Of a stretch of 63,037 nucleotides of DNA, positions 24,871 through 36,100 are shown in pieces. Origin of the DNA: Mizuhopecten yessoensis (taxonomy: Eukaryota). The stretch is taken from contig NW_018404492.1 of NCBI RefSeq assembly GCF_002113885.1, positions 2,650,506 through 2,713,542 on the forward strand, written 5' to 3'. How positions within the stretch are numbered: the stretch's first letter is position 1; the number at the start of each line of letters is the position of its first letter. The notes beneath the pieces were generated by a model. That model was given only the letters and a program-made list of their open reading frames with translations, was not told where the DNA came from and ran no database searches. The translations under genes were made by a program, and so were the position numbers.

Positions 24871-25108
24871 TAATTACTCTGACAGTACTTGAGGACACGG
24901 CACCAGAACTAAACGAGACATTGACAGTCCAGCTCCGTAATCCACAAGGTGGCGCCGATGTCAGTCCAGANACACATTTGATATTATTCAATACAGTACT
25001 TATTGATGTGTAATGCCACGGACTTAGATATAATTAAACATCTTTGTTCAATAATGAAAAGCATTTNTGTCCTTGGATTTGATACAACATCTGTTCTAGC
25101 CAAGGAAG
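24871..25108 (+). CDS. ADGRV1: ADGRV1 exon, middle replaced by an N-bounded assembly patch (24971-25067)
   Basis: ccag|ITLTVLEDTAPELNETL...GGADVSP-N...N-VLGFDTTSVLAKE|gtagt. Confidence 0.72.
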
Positions 25109-25934
25109 GTAGTAGCTTTTATTGGTTGTTATATATGTTTTTGCTCTTGAGACTAAGATTATGCTGTGGTGCATGATCTGTTTTCTGTCTGTCATCTTTC
25201 AAATTACTTCTAGAGTACAACAAGACCTATGGTCATTTAATGTGCCTGCTGGTTTTTAGGTTGAAGAATATTCAAATGTTTTCAAATAAATGTCCATGTC
25301 ATATGTTCATGCTCAGAGGGTTCAGAATTCAAACAACTTCTACGAGGTATAAGGCCATTATATTTGAGCGGTAGCTAATACTCCAGGAAAGAGCTATCAG
25401 GTAGGTTTGAGTACATGGACTTGACCGACTTCCAAGGTTACAGATGAAATATCAGACCTTATACATCAATAAAATGAACAAACTAGAAGACAGAGTTGCT
25501 AGCACCCTGCACCCCTTTAGGGGTTTATCAGGCAACTTAGAGTGAGTGTATATATATATAGAAAAATCTGATCTAACGACTGACTAGACGGACTAGAAAA
25601 CAAGCTGCTTTCACCCTTAAAACAGCTAGTTTTGTAGTCGGTCGTTAGATCTTATTCCTATACTTACCGACTTCACATGCACATTAAATCTTCTTTATTA
25701 AATGTACACTAGACATTCTCAAACCAGGTGAGAGATACAGACCCTATGAACCTTTAACTTTTGTTCCACCAAGATAAATTTTGTAAATTTCAAAACTCTC
25801 CATGTTCACTGATTTCCTCGTAACGCTGTAGTTTTGCAACAATGTTGTCCTAAATGGAAACTTTTCTAATAAAGCAAATTGATAACAAGCTTCACATTTA
25901 TGATTTAGTGTAAAAAAGGCCTTTTACATTTTAG

Positions 25935-26074
25935 GTGATTCTATCCCCATCAACGTGACCCGGTCTGTCTCCAGCTACGGTATTGTCCATGTTGACTGGC
26001 ACATACAGGGTAAAGATGGACTGGACCCAGGCAAGGGGTTCACCGTCCACCAAGGCACATTTACATACCAACAG
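25935..26074 (+). CDS. ADGRV1: ADGRV1 exon (Calx-beta)
   Basis: ttag|DSIPINVTRSVSSYGIVHVDW...TYQQ|gtaaac. Confidence 0.85.
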
Positions 26075-26393
26075 GTAAACGTTTGATGATCAGTTTAAAC
26101 ACTTCACTGAACTATGATGAGAACTATGATGAGTTGTGTAAATGTTTCCGAGGCTTGTGCCTGCTGTCCCATGCAGGCATGAGCACCATTTAGGTTGAAT
26201 TGCGTTTAATTCTAATAAGAAAACCTATGCAGCTTTGTTATAACAAATTATATCAGTATATCAATTGTAGACAGATAAAGTCAAAGTTTACTGACATGTA
26301 TGAAATTTCCTAGGATTTTTTGTGGCCGTTTAAGGCAAGTTCATTTTCTGATTTGACACTTCATTGGGTAAATATTTTATTTGTAACTAACAG

Positions 26394-26493
26394 GGGGATG
26401 TATCTAGAACCATCAACTTAGATGTGATGGCCGACGAGAAGCCAGAAACTAATGAAGAGTACCAGATCTTCCTCACCAATGTCAGGACTGAAG
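26394..26493 (+). CDS. ADGRV1: ADGRV1 exon (Calx-beta)
   Basis: acag|GDVSRTINLDVMADEKPETNEEY...|gtatcc. Confidence 0.85.
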
Positions 26494-26890
26494 GTATCCT
26501 CTTTCTCTGATGTATTTTGAAATTTGAATTATGCTAAATATTTAAACCTTTACCTTTTATTATCAATAAAAATAAAAATAAATCTCATACAGGTATGTTT
26601 GTTTAATTAGGGCATATGTAATATTAATCCATCATTAACTGTCAGACGGTTAGTAGGAGAACATCAGGTACATCAGATAGCACTATAAAGTTCGCATCAG
26701 ATAAGTGCAATCACAAGGAGGCAACTACACCAACATACCCTGTCTCCGGCCAAATGCCATAGAGGCACGCCCTTAAATGACCTTAGCTTTTAATAGGACG
26801 TTTAACAAAATAAAACCAAACCAAACCTCTATCAGATGTAATCAGGCAGGGCTAATAACTTACTAAAGTGTAATGTTATTTGTGTGTCAG

Positions 26891-27070
26891 GTGTTGGGCC
26901 GACTGGAGCGGCTAAGATTGACTCCCAGTTTAACGAGGCAGCCATCACTATACAGGGCAGTAACGAGCCCCACGGCGTCATCCAGTTTGCATCCACGTCC
27001 CTTAACGTCCGTGTTCAGGAGACCAACCACACCTTGAGTCTGCAGATTGACAGGAAATTTGGAGCAATAG
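26891..27070 (+). CDS. ADGRV1: ADGRV1 exon (Calx-beta)
   Basis: tcag|VGPTGAAKID...SNEPHGVIQF...FGAI|gtatga. Confidence 0.87.
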
Positions 27071-27590
27071 GTATGATTAGTAAAACGTTTACATCATATG
27101 ACAAAACTTCCATGCTTGGTCTTAATATTTGACTTGTGTGACAGAAAATTTAACATCGATGAACTGAAATCGCATTTAATCCATAATGTGATCATCCTTT
27201 AAACAAAGATTAATTCTAATCAATTGTTATCACATTATTAATTCAAGTGCTGCATACCATCAGGACGGGCACACTGTTTTAGAACTTATTGAAAAATGTT
27301 AATTTGAACTGTCAATATCTAATGGCATAGGCTGTTTTCAAAATGAAAACATTTGCATTGATAACTTATGACTTGCATTTTAAAATGTCAAATGAGGATT
27401 TGTGGTATTTGTAACCAAAGTCTAACTTAAATTGTGATGAAAAATTGCAAAAAAATGTTGCCGAGCAATTGTTCATTTGTGGGAGAAGGGAGGTAACCCA
27501 ATTTTAGAAACATATTTTTTGACCAATTTTGTTGTGGGCTGATAATAATCAGATCTTTAACAAATATTTGCTTTTATTTCAAACCAACAG

Positions 27591-27845
27591 GAATTGTACG
27601 AGTGTCATACGAGATTACGGAAGGATCGGTGAGCCCCACCACTGCAGAGCTAGTCGAAGCCACCGTCAACGAGGACTTCGTTCCCATCAAGGGATATGTA
27701 GATATCGCCGATGGGGCTTCAGATGCAGCAATAAAAGTGCAGATCAAGGATGATGATATACCTGAGGTTGACGAGGTTTTCAAGGTGTCCCTGACAGGTG
27801 TAGCTCTTATGGACACGGATAACATCGCCATCCGTCCCAAGCTCG
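27591..27845 (+). CDS. ADGRV1: ADGRV1 exon (Calx-beta)
   Basis: acag|IVRVSYE...DDDIPEVDEVF...PKL|gtaata. Confidence 0.88.
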
Positions 27846-28403
27846 GTAATAAACTTATAGCAAATGGTATTTCTTTATGATTTAACTTATATTTTGTCTG
27901 TTCAGAACAAAGAGTTCAGGTCATTTTGAATTGGGGGGAAAGGAAGTTGTCCATTGTGTTGTAAATTCAAATCAATTTTTATTTAATATTGTTATTATGT
28001 GAAATGTTTTGATACTGTTTGTTTCATTTATTTTGCCAACAATTAACTACTTGCCAGATTTGTCAAAGTATTTTAGGTTAAACTCCCTTGTTAAAGCTTA
28101 AAATATTCCAGCCAGTATTTTTCATGATGAACACAACTTGATTTTCATTTTTAATGCACAACCAACCAGACGTAGGAAAAATTGATTAATCCCAACATTG
28201 ATTTAATCTGCAAATCTAGTATTTCAGAAACTATTATTTGAAATAGTATGTTTCTTTTTGCTGCATATTGCCACTGTGAAGACTCCTGTGCAAACTGTGG
28301 TATAACTATAGCCCAGACATTGGTTTATTTTGATAATGTGATAAGTACCAATGTGGCAACGCTTCAGGATATCAGGGCTAATTAAGATATTTTGTTTTTG
28401 AAG

Positions 28404-28488
28404 CTGGTCTTGGAACTGTGGCACAGGTGATCATTGATGCCAATGATGGCACCAAAGGCATCATCAAGTTCTCAGCGGACTCCCTAGA
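28404..28488 (+). CDS. ADGRV1: ADGRV1 exon (Calx-beta)
   Basis: gaag|GLGTVAQVIIDANDGTKGIIKF..|gtatgt. Confidence 0.83.
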
Positions 28489-28824
28489 GTATGTATAGTT
28501 TTCCTTGTGATAAAAACAGTGTTTCATTTGTAAAACTCCAACAGATAAGTAAGTGGGACATATTGCTGTATAGCCCAAAGTATCCTAGTGTTATTCTATC
28601 ACAATTTTATGTTTATAAACCATTTAGCTGATATAAACTTTGATGGTTTGGGTTAATTTCCTGGTTACCCAGAAGTGTGCATTTGATGGTTTAGTCAATA
28701 TATTAATTTCTTGTATTAAAAACGAACTTTGCATTGTAAAATACAAATTTTATATGACGATCATCGAATATCTTTGTCATATAAAGATTTAAATGATTTT
28801 GGTTTTGATTTGTTTTTGTTGTAG

Positions 28825-28969
28825 TGTAACTGTCGATGAAATAACGAAAAATATTTCGCTGACTGTGTTCCGAGACAAGGGGACATTTGGGGACGTGTCA
28901 GTGTTTTATTATGCTCAGAGTATTGTAGAGGGCACCACCCAGGGGACTGACTACAGAATCGTCCCAAAG
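28825..28969 (+). CDS. ADGRV1: ADGRV1 exon (Calx-beta)
   Basis: gtag|VTVDEITKNISLTVFRDKGTFGDV...GTDYRIVPK|gtaggc. Confidence 0.87.
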
Positions 28970-29654
28970 GTAGGCACTGATAATAAAGATGTGTTGGATG
29001 TATATTCTCTTATTCAGAAATATATTATGGCATCAGGGTAACCAAACCTAAATATTTTCACCAAACCTTTTTTGGAATGTGTTACTTTTGCATGTGGATG
29101 ATATATTTCATTGTGCTGGTAAATTCACTCATATCACAACAATTTGGTTTACGAAATTTTGGTCATTTATGTTCAAAAGAAAAGGTCAATTTCTAGAAAA
29201 GATTTGCTTGATACAACTTTGAACTCATAAACTGAACATTGTTATGTTGCCAAAGTTTATCTCAGTCTTGTTAATTCTATAAATCAAAAAAATAAAAATA
29301 TGGTGCAATTTTCAAATCAGTAACTTTTGAAGGATAATGAAATAGTGTACTGTAGAAATGCTTTAAATTCAGTCATTGATTTTGCAGTGATGGGAAATTC
29401 TGAAAATAACTGACAATACCATCAAGAAAAGTTTTATAATTCATATATAGTACAGTCGTTAAATTTACATTTGATTTTATAGCAGGCCTTTAAACACACT
29501 GTATGTTGTCCTGTTTCACCGTGTACTATTTTATACTCACATAGATTGTAACAGAAACGCCACATTTGGCCCAGGTAACCGTGATCCCTGTGGTAAAGGT
29601 GGTTACAACTCCTATAGTAACCTAAGCTAGTGGTATAGATGGCTATGACCCTTG

Positions 29655-30125
29655 AGTTACAGCCTCTGTAGTTACCTTGGGTCTGTAGTAACCTTGGTTA
29701 CAGCCTCTGTAGTAACCATAGTTGCGGCCTCTGTAGTTACCTTGGGTCTGTACTAACCTTGGTTACAGCCTCTGTGGTAACCATAATTGCGGCCTCTGTA
29801 CTTACCTTGGGTCTGTAGTAACCTTGGTTTCAGCCTCTGTAGTAACCATAGTTGCGGCCTCTGTAGTTACCTTGGGTCTGTAGTAACCTTAGTTACAGCC
29901 TCTGTAGTTACCTTGGGTCTGTAGTAACCTTGGTTACAGCCTCTGTGGTAACCATAGTTGCGGCCTCTGTACTTACCTTGGGTCTGTAGTAACCCTGGTT
30001 ACAGCCACTGTAGTTACCTTGGGTCTGTAGTAACCTTGGTTACAGCCTCTGTGGTAACCATAATTGCGGCCTCTGTATGTACTTACCTTGGGTCTGCAGT
30101 AACCTTGGTTACGACCTCTGTAGTA
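29655..30125. repeat. Compound minisatellite
   Basis: Interleaved subunits ggttacagcctctgtagtaacc / ttgggtctgtagtaacc / atagttgcggcctctgt. Confidence 0.85.
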
Positions 30126-31030
30126 ATGGTGGTTTGGGGTTGTAGATGCATGTTGGATCTTTTGTTGTTTCACAAACTTTATTTTTATTTGAATCCAGGA
30201 TATATGTATCGGTGAAGGAAACACTACTTCAGGTAGGACTTCATGGTGTGACATTTGTAGTCAGAAATATCATCAGTTGTAATTTTTCCGACTCATATTG
30301 AATTATTAAATTCAATATTTCAAGTTTATTGGAAAAGCCACATACAGCGAATGAAGATTAAAGCTATGAATGTGTTCGTTGATATAGTCAACCTCCTCTG
30401 AAGACCAAGAAAAATAATGAATTTAAAAAAAAGTTCTTTACTCAACATTTCGACACTATTATAATGTAAAGATAAATTGTTATGTGAAATCATTGACACA
30501 ATTGCTCTGGCGATACAGGGATGGTGGCAATTCTGACTATCTTTTTATTCTCATCTGAATGACTGTATTAAGTAGTAATTTCATCTCTGTTTCTTTTGCA
30601 ATTTCTTATTTTCATCAAAATGAAACTTCCTTTGCTGCTTTATTAAAAATATATTTCATTAATTTTTTTATATTTAAGAAGGTTTGTCTCGCTAAACAAA
30701 TATGATTTATTAAGATTGTACAGACAACATAAGACAATTTCAAAAATGTTTAGTTAAAAATGACCTTATCAAATATGTAATTTGTACCATTCAAAGTGCT
30801 ATTCTTGACTTTTGAAAACTGAGCTTCAGGTGCTAAGAAATCGATTATAGCTAACTTCATGCTTTAAAAAGGTAATTTGAGATATACTTATTTGATGTAA
30901 GTTTGTCGCAAGACTTTTGTAACTGATTCATCTTTTAATAAAAGTTAACCAGGATTCACAATAATAGTATCATATGGTTAGAGAAGAAAACATTACGGTA
31001 GATCTGACCGTCAGTGTGTGTTCTGTACAG

Positions 31031-31172
31031 GAGCTGTTCTTCGCCAACGGGGAGTCTAACAAGATGATCATCATAGAGATACTCAACGATGACATACCAG
31101 AACCTGACGAGGTGTTTGAGGTGATATTGTCTAACCCGACCAACGGTCTACAGATGGGCAACCAGAGTAGAG
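31031..31172 (+). CDS. ADGRV1: ADGRV1 exon (Calx-beta)
   Basis: acag|ELFFANGE...NDDIPEPDEVFEVILSNP...|gtaata. Confidence 0.88.
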
Positions 31173-31502
31173 GTAATATAATTAGCTGTAAAATGAAGTA
31201 TGAATTAATTTCTTTGAGATATGTACACAATGTCATATAATTAAGATGATGTCCTAATATTGTAGAAGGGCTATCATACAGTACTAGTTTCACTGCTAAT
31301 AATTATTGGATAAAAATAGGCAATATAAAATGTATATTTTGCATTTACCAAAAACTTACAAGAACCACAGATGTATTTATTGTTATGTCCTCGTAAAGTC
31401 TTACATTGACCGATGATGGGGAAATCAGTGAATGTATATACAAAGAATACCTTATGTCCCAAGGCAGTGATTTCTCAGTAAGAATTATTGTGTTGATANT
31501 TT

Positions 31503-31534
<32 letters not shown>

Positions 31535-31750
31535 TTTAGATTAAATAAATACATGTTTTGTTGTTCTTCCACTTTAAAAAACCATTTCATACCTAAATGC
31601 CTATTTTTTCAATCAATGTACTTGTTTCTGAATCTTGTAATTTTAACATTTTTAAATAAAATTAATGTATGCATTAACTATTTTTCATATCTCACCAGAT
31701 GATAAATTTGGGTAAAAGGTTCATTAAAAAATCTTAATTTGTCACTATAG

Positions 31751-31995
31751 CCACTGTGACGATCTTGGGCAATGACGGTTCCAGTGGAATCGTGTCGTTT
31801 GACACAGACGCCAGTATGACGATTGAAGAGGCAGGGGGAGTTAACCCTTCTGTCAGCGTCGCCAGACTCAAGGTTGTCAGAGGGCCGGGTGTGTATGGTG
31901 TGGTCAATGTGCCGTTTGAAATCATACCTGAGTTTTCTGATAACAGCAACGACTTATCTCCTGTGAAGGGGTATGCCACGTTTCAAGACAAACAG
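31751..31995 (+). CDS. ADGRV1: ADGRV1 exon (Calx-beta)
   Basis: atag|TVTILGNDGSSGIVSF...RGPGVYG...FQDKQ|gtacat. Confidence 0.88.
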
Positions 31996-32085
31996 GTACA
32001 TACACTTATTTCATATTTTTACTTTCTTGTGTAATTATCCGCTATAAATGGTTATTATACATTGTATGGTTTATATGTACAGTAT

Positions 32086-32299
32086 TGTCGTGGATTCGGT
32101 GTGTGTTATTCACACACCGTCACAACAAGTAGTTGTAAATGCTCTCGGCTCCTGAAATCAAAGACAAGGTGGAGGAAAATCACTCACGTGTTGTTCGTTC
32201 GGGTTCAAGATGTATAAGAGACCACGCCGAGATGTCACATCCAGGTTGTCGGCGCGGTTACCGGTCTAAGGGAGATAATTCTAACCAAAATTCACCACA
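32086..32299 (-). repeat. 3' LTR
   Basis: Direct repeat of 37839-38052, preceded on the - strand by the PPT. Confidence 0.95.
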
Positions 32300-32313
32300 C
32301 TCTTCCCCGTTTT
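32300..32313 (-). promoter_or_regulatory. Polypurine tract
   Basis: Minus strand aaaacggggaagag immediately before the 3' LTR. Confidence 0.8.
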
Positions 32314-33114
32314 ATGAAGGCCCCCTCTTGGGGTTGGAAGCTGCTGAGCAGGAATCATGAGGTGGTCTTTCTTGAAGTAGCAGATGCTGGAGATGATTGT
32401 TCTTTTGTGGATTTGGACAAGGTCGGGTCACCCCTTAAGCATAGGGGACCCTTAGCAGGAACACAGTTTCACCGTGCCCAGAAGGGGAAGTTCGGGCCCA
32501 TACTTCATAGATCTAATTCTGTTGATGGGCTTAACTTTAAAGTGCCCTCCTCCAAGGTACAGGACCATTAAAGATATAAACTTTGTGGTTGGCATAGGCA
32601 TACTGTGCCCTTGCCAGGTACTCAGACATGTAAACGTATTGGAATATGTCTGATGGTGTCAAAAGTGGAAGAATGCCCTCCACTTGTATACTGACTGTGA
32701 CAGAGAGCTGATAACACAATCCTACCCCTGAGCAGATAACCGCTAAAGGGGCCGATCCCTCACAGTTTCCGGAGACGGTTGAGCAGAAAACCACTTTGTC
32801 TCTAAAGGCCCGGAGGCTGCCTGAGAGGCAGAGAACCGTCTCTTTCTGAACCTCCGTATTGATAGCTGACTTAAATAAAGCTTTTGATTAAAAGCTGTCT
32901 CCCAGCTGAACGATGTGATCCCATTTACCTGGGTCACAAAAATACTAAGGGATTTTTACTGTCCTTGCTCTTATTACTAAACCTAAGAACACAGCAGTGC
33001 CGTGTAATTTATCAACTATGAAAGTATTGCCTAGTCACCCCCACACCAGTCTAGTCAACTTTTGGGGTGCTCTAGTATACCAAGCTGTGCCGGTGAGTAC
33101 CCCACTTGAGTGGG

Positions 33115-36100
33115 TTACAGCGCTATCGCTATCAGATTGCTCCGCGACAGTTGAGCGACCGTGGCCAGGCTTCTGTAATGGCAGCCCCGTCCTTGGTAGG
33201 GTTTCCCGCCATAGCCTCGAACAGTTCCCTGGCCCCTGCGAACGCGTTCTTTCGCATTTGATAAACAGTATTCAACTACCAGCGGCTCAGAAGATACAAC
33301 GATTTCGACATGTATTTTAAGTCTCTTTTTCCAGTTTGATTCCGGTAGACGGGATAAGAAACGGTCATAGTTACCGATTACACCATCATTGACGAAATGG
33401 ATCTGGAGGACACGCACTGTGTTTCCATACTTGTTCTGTTGTCCTCCCTGGGCTAACAAAACCACCGCATGTAACTCCTGGTCGTCCATTTCTCCCTTGA
33501 CATTATCTGATGACGTCACATTTGGTTTGAAACATTTGATGATGGAGGGAACACAAGTTTCCGTTACCTCTTCCCCGTCAAATGGAAATGAGGCAGATTT
33601 TGGTGTTACCGCCTCATCTCCTTCAATTTTGAGCCCCATTGTTTGTGGTACATGTATATGTTTATTTTGTTGAGGACCAGGAGTATGGGCCTTGTATGTC
33701 AGTGGTACCATACTGTCCACGTCCTCCTCAAACCGTTCACAGTTAGCTCCCGCGGGGTGACTGTTCAGTGGCTCTTCCGAGACCATCACTGGCCTCTGGT
33801 TCTCTCTGGGAACTTCATCAATCTCATTATAGACAGGAGCTTCCCTGGGAAGTTGAGGGATGGCCTCTATTGGCTCTGTAACCCTGTTGTCCCCGTAGGT
33901 ACTCTGGCCTTTCCCAGGAACCATGTCTGCTGTATAACAGCTCCGGGCTTCTCTGTGGAGATGGGATATCACTTCTATATGTTCTTTCTCTCCAAATTTC
34001 TGTCCTTCTGTCATTATGACGGACTTGGCAGTGTTATTCATCACTCTCATTATGGGTTGTTGGGTACCGGGAGGCACTACCGAACCGGCAATCATGACTC
34101 CCCCGGGATGTTGTATGGGTCGAATCGTGGCCGTACTCCCATAAGGTCGAGCCCAGTCCACCGGACAGTGTCCTGTAGTGTTTGGCGATATGGTTACATT
34201 TTGGGCCACCTTGACAGTGGACGATGTCCTCTGCTCCTCTAACCTCGGTGTAATAGGTATTGCCTGATTACCAATGAACAGGACGCCCGCATCTAGGTCG
34301 ATGACACAGTTGTTCCGAGACAGGAAATCCACCCCCAGCAACATGTCGTCCATAATGGGGGCCTCACATACGGTCCAGGGTACCTCAGTGTTCCCTATTC
34401 CGATATTTAGGTCTTTTATTTCCCACACTATCTCCACATTGCCAGTAAAACCCCGGAGCCTCACTCGTTTTCCAAGCACCAGTGGTCCCTCAAGCTTGTC
34501 TACCAGCTCCTGCTTAATCAGTGTCATATTTGCTGCTGTATCCACGACAGCTTGAATAGAAGTTCCATTCAAAGTGAGTGGTATGGTGATGCTACTGCCA
34601 TCTGAGACCGCCAGCTTCACCTCCCTCAAAGGTTGGACCTCCTTTCTAGGCGTGGGTGATGGAGACCTTGATCTCTCTGCCTGGTTATTCCGTCCTTTGT
34701 CGTTACCCCAACTTGCGGGACCGTTGCTCCCTCTATATGGTTCCGGGGACGCAGATGGAGATCTTTGACGGTACGCCTGGGTATTCCGTCCTCGGTCGTT
34801 ACCCCAACTGGCGGGGCTGTTGTTGCCTCTCCCTGGTTCCCATGGGCCCCTGCCTGGTTGATTTTGACCTCGGCCTTGTGACCCTGTGCCAGGTGAGTCC
34901 CCCTGATATCTGGGTGACCAGTTACGGTTCCGCGAAGGACCTTGTTCAGCGTATGGTGACCTGTCGCGGGGTCTACCGTCGTACCTATTACGTCCGTTGT
35001 CCTGGGGTGGACGAGGGTACTGGGGCCTATCGCGATAATCTGATGAGGGATAAGGGACCGGTGTCCTATCACGATAATCCGGAGATCGGTTTCCCCCATA
35101 GTTTTGAGGGAACCCTCGGTCGCGTTCCGGAGATCGGTAGTCACCCCAAGGTGGAGGAGAAGACGGACGGGCAGATACGCCGCCCGCACTAAGCCGGGCC
35201 AGGTATTTCTTTAGCTCCTGTAGCTCATCTTTTGAGAACTGTACAGGGGCTTCCTCTACTTTATCATCCCCCGACTTAGTGCCCTCCGCAAACTCTACCT
35301 GCCTACTAGGGTAGTGCGGCGCGCGAGAACCAAACAAAGCACGCTGATTGGCCACGGAGGCCTTTATGTATTTCAGAGCTTTGTGAACCGTCTTGGGATT
35401 CTTCTCCATGGCTCTCTGTGCTGCCATCTTCTCGCGACAGCCTTTGAGGAATGCCTCCGTAGCGATCTGGTTCCTGGTGGTGGTGTCTGCGTGAGCAAAG
35501 CCATCCCCCGTAATGGTTTGAATCCGCTGAGCAAATTCTGCCAAACTCTCACTCTCCTCTTGTCTAGTGAAGTTTAGCTCCCTGCGGGCCACTACTGGAA
35601 CGTCCTTGTCGCTAAACCGTTCCTTCATCTTTTTCTTGAGTTTTGCGAACCCAAGAGTTCGTGGGAGCTTATCTGCGTACTCCAACGCATCACCCACCAG
35701 ACAATCGAAAAACCGTTGTTTGGTCTTACGGTCCGACCATCTACTGTCTTCTATTATCCTGGTGAATTTAAGAGCGAATGGCTCCCAGCGCTCTTTACCC
35801 GAGTAAGTGGGCATCTTATGTCGCTGAGGACTCCTACTCCTTTGACGATGCCTCTGGTAGTCGTCGGAGGAGTCCCCTGAATCTGTATTGCTGTCCCCCT
35901 CTCCCTCACTGGAGAAATCGGGGTCCGATTCGTCGCTCTCTGACGAATCATCACGTCTGCGCCTTGTAGGCGCACGGCGCGTGCCTTGTGGTTGGCGCAC
36001 ATGTCGCTCACCGAGGACGCGATGCGTGCGCCTTGCAGGACGTTCGTTGTCCAACCTGTCGCGGGTCCGTCTATTTCTATTCTCCTCGCGGGTAGCACGC

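Noticed and set aside
17997-25108. ADGRV1 as a pseudogene because of stops in two exons
   Set aside because: The disruptions coincide exactly with N-bounded patches; the other 45 exons are open and in phase.
32139-32360. Duplicated ORF MLSAPEIKDK... (also 37892-38089)
   Set aside because: Incidental antisense ORF within the two LTRs.
32300-33114. Possible integrase or env remnant downstream of the LTR ORF
   Set aside because: Only short ORFs; no HHCC, DDE, GPY/F or signal/transmembrane pattern I could support by eye.
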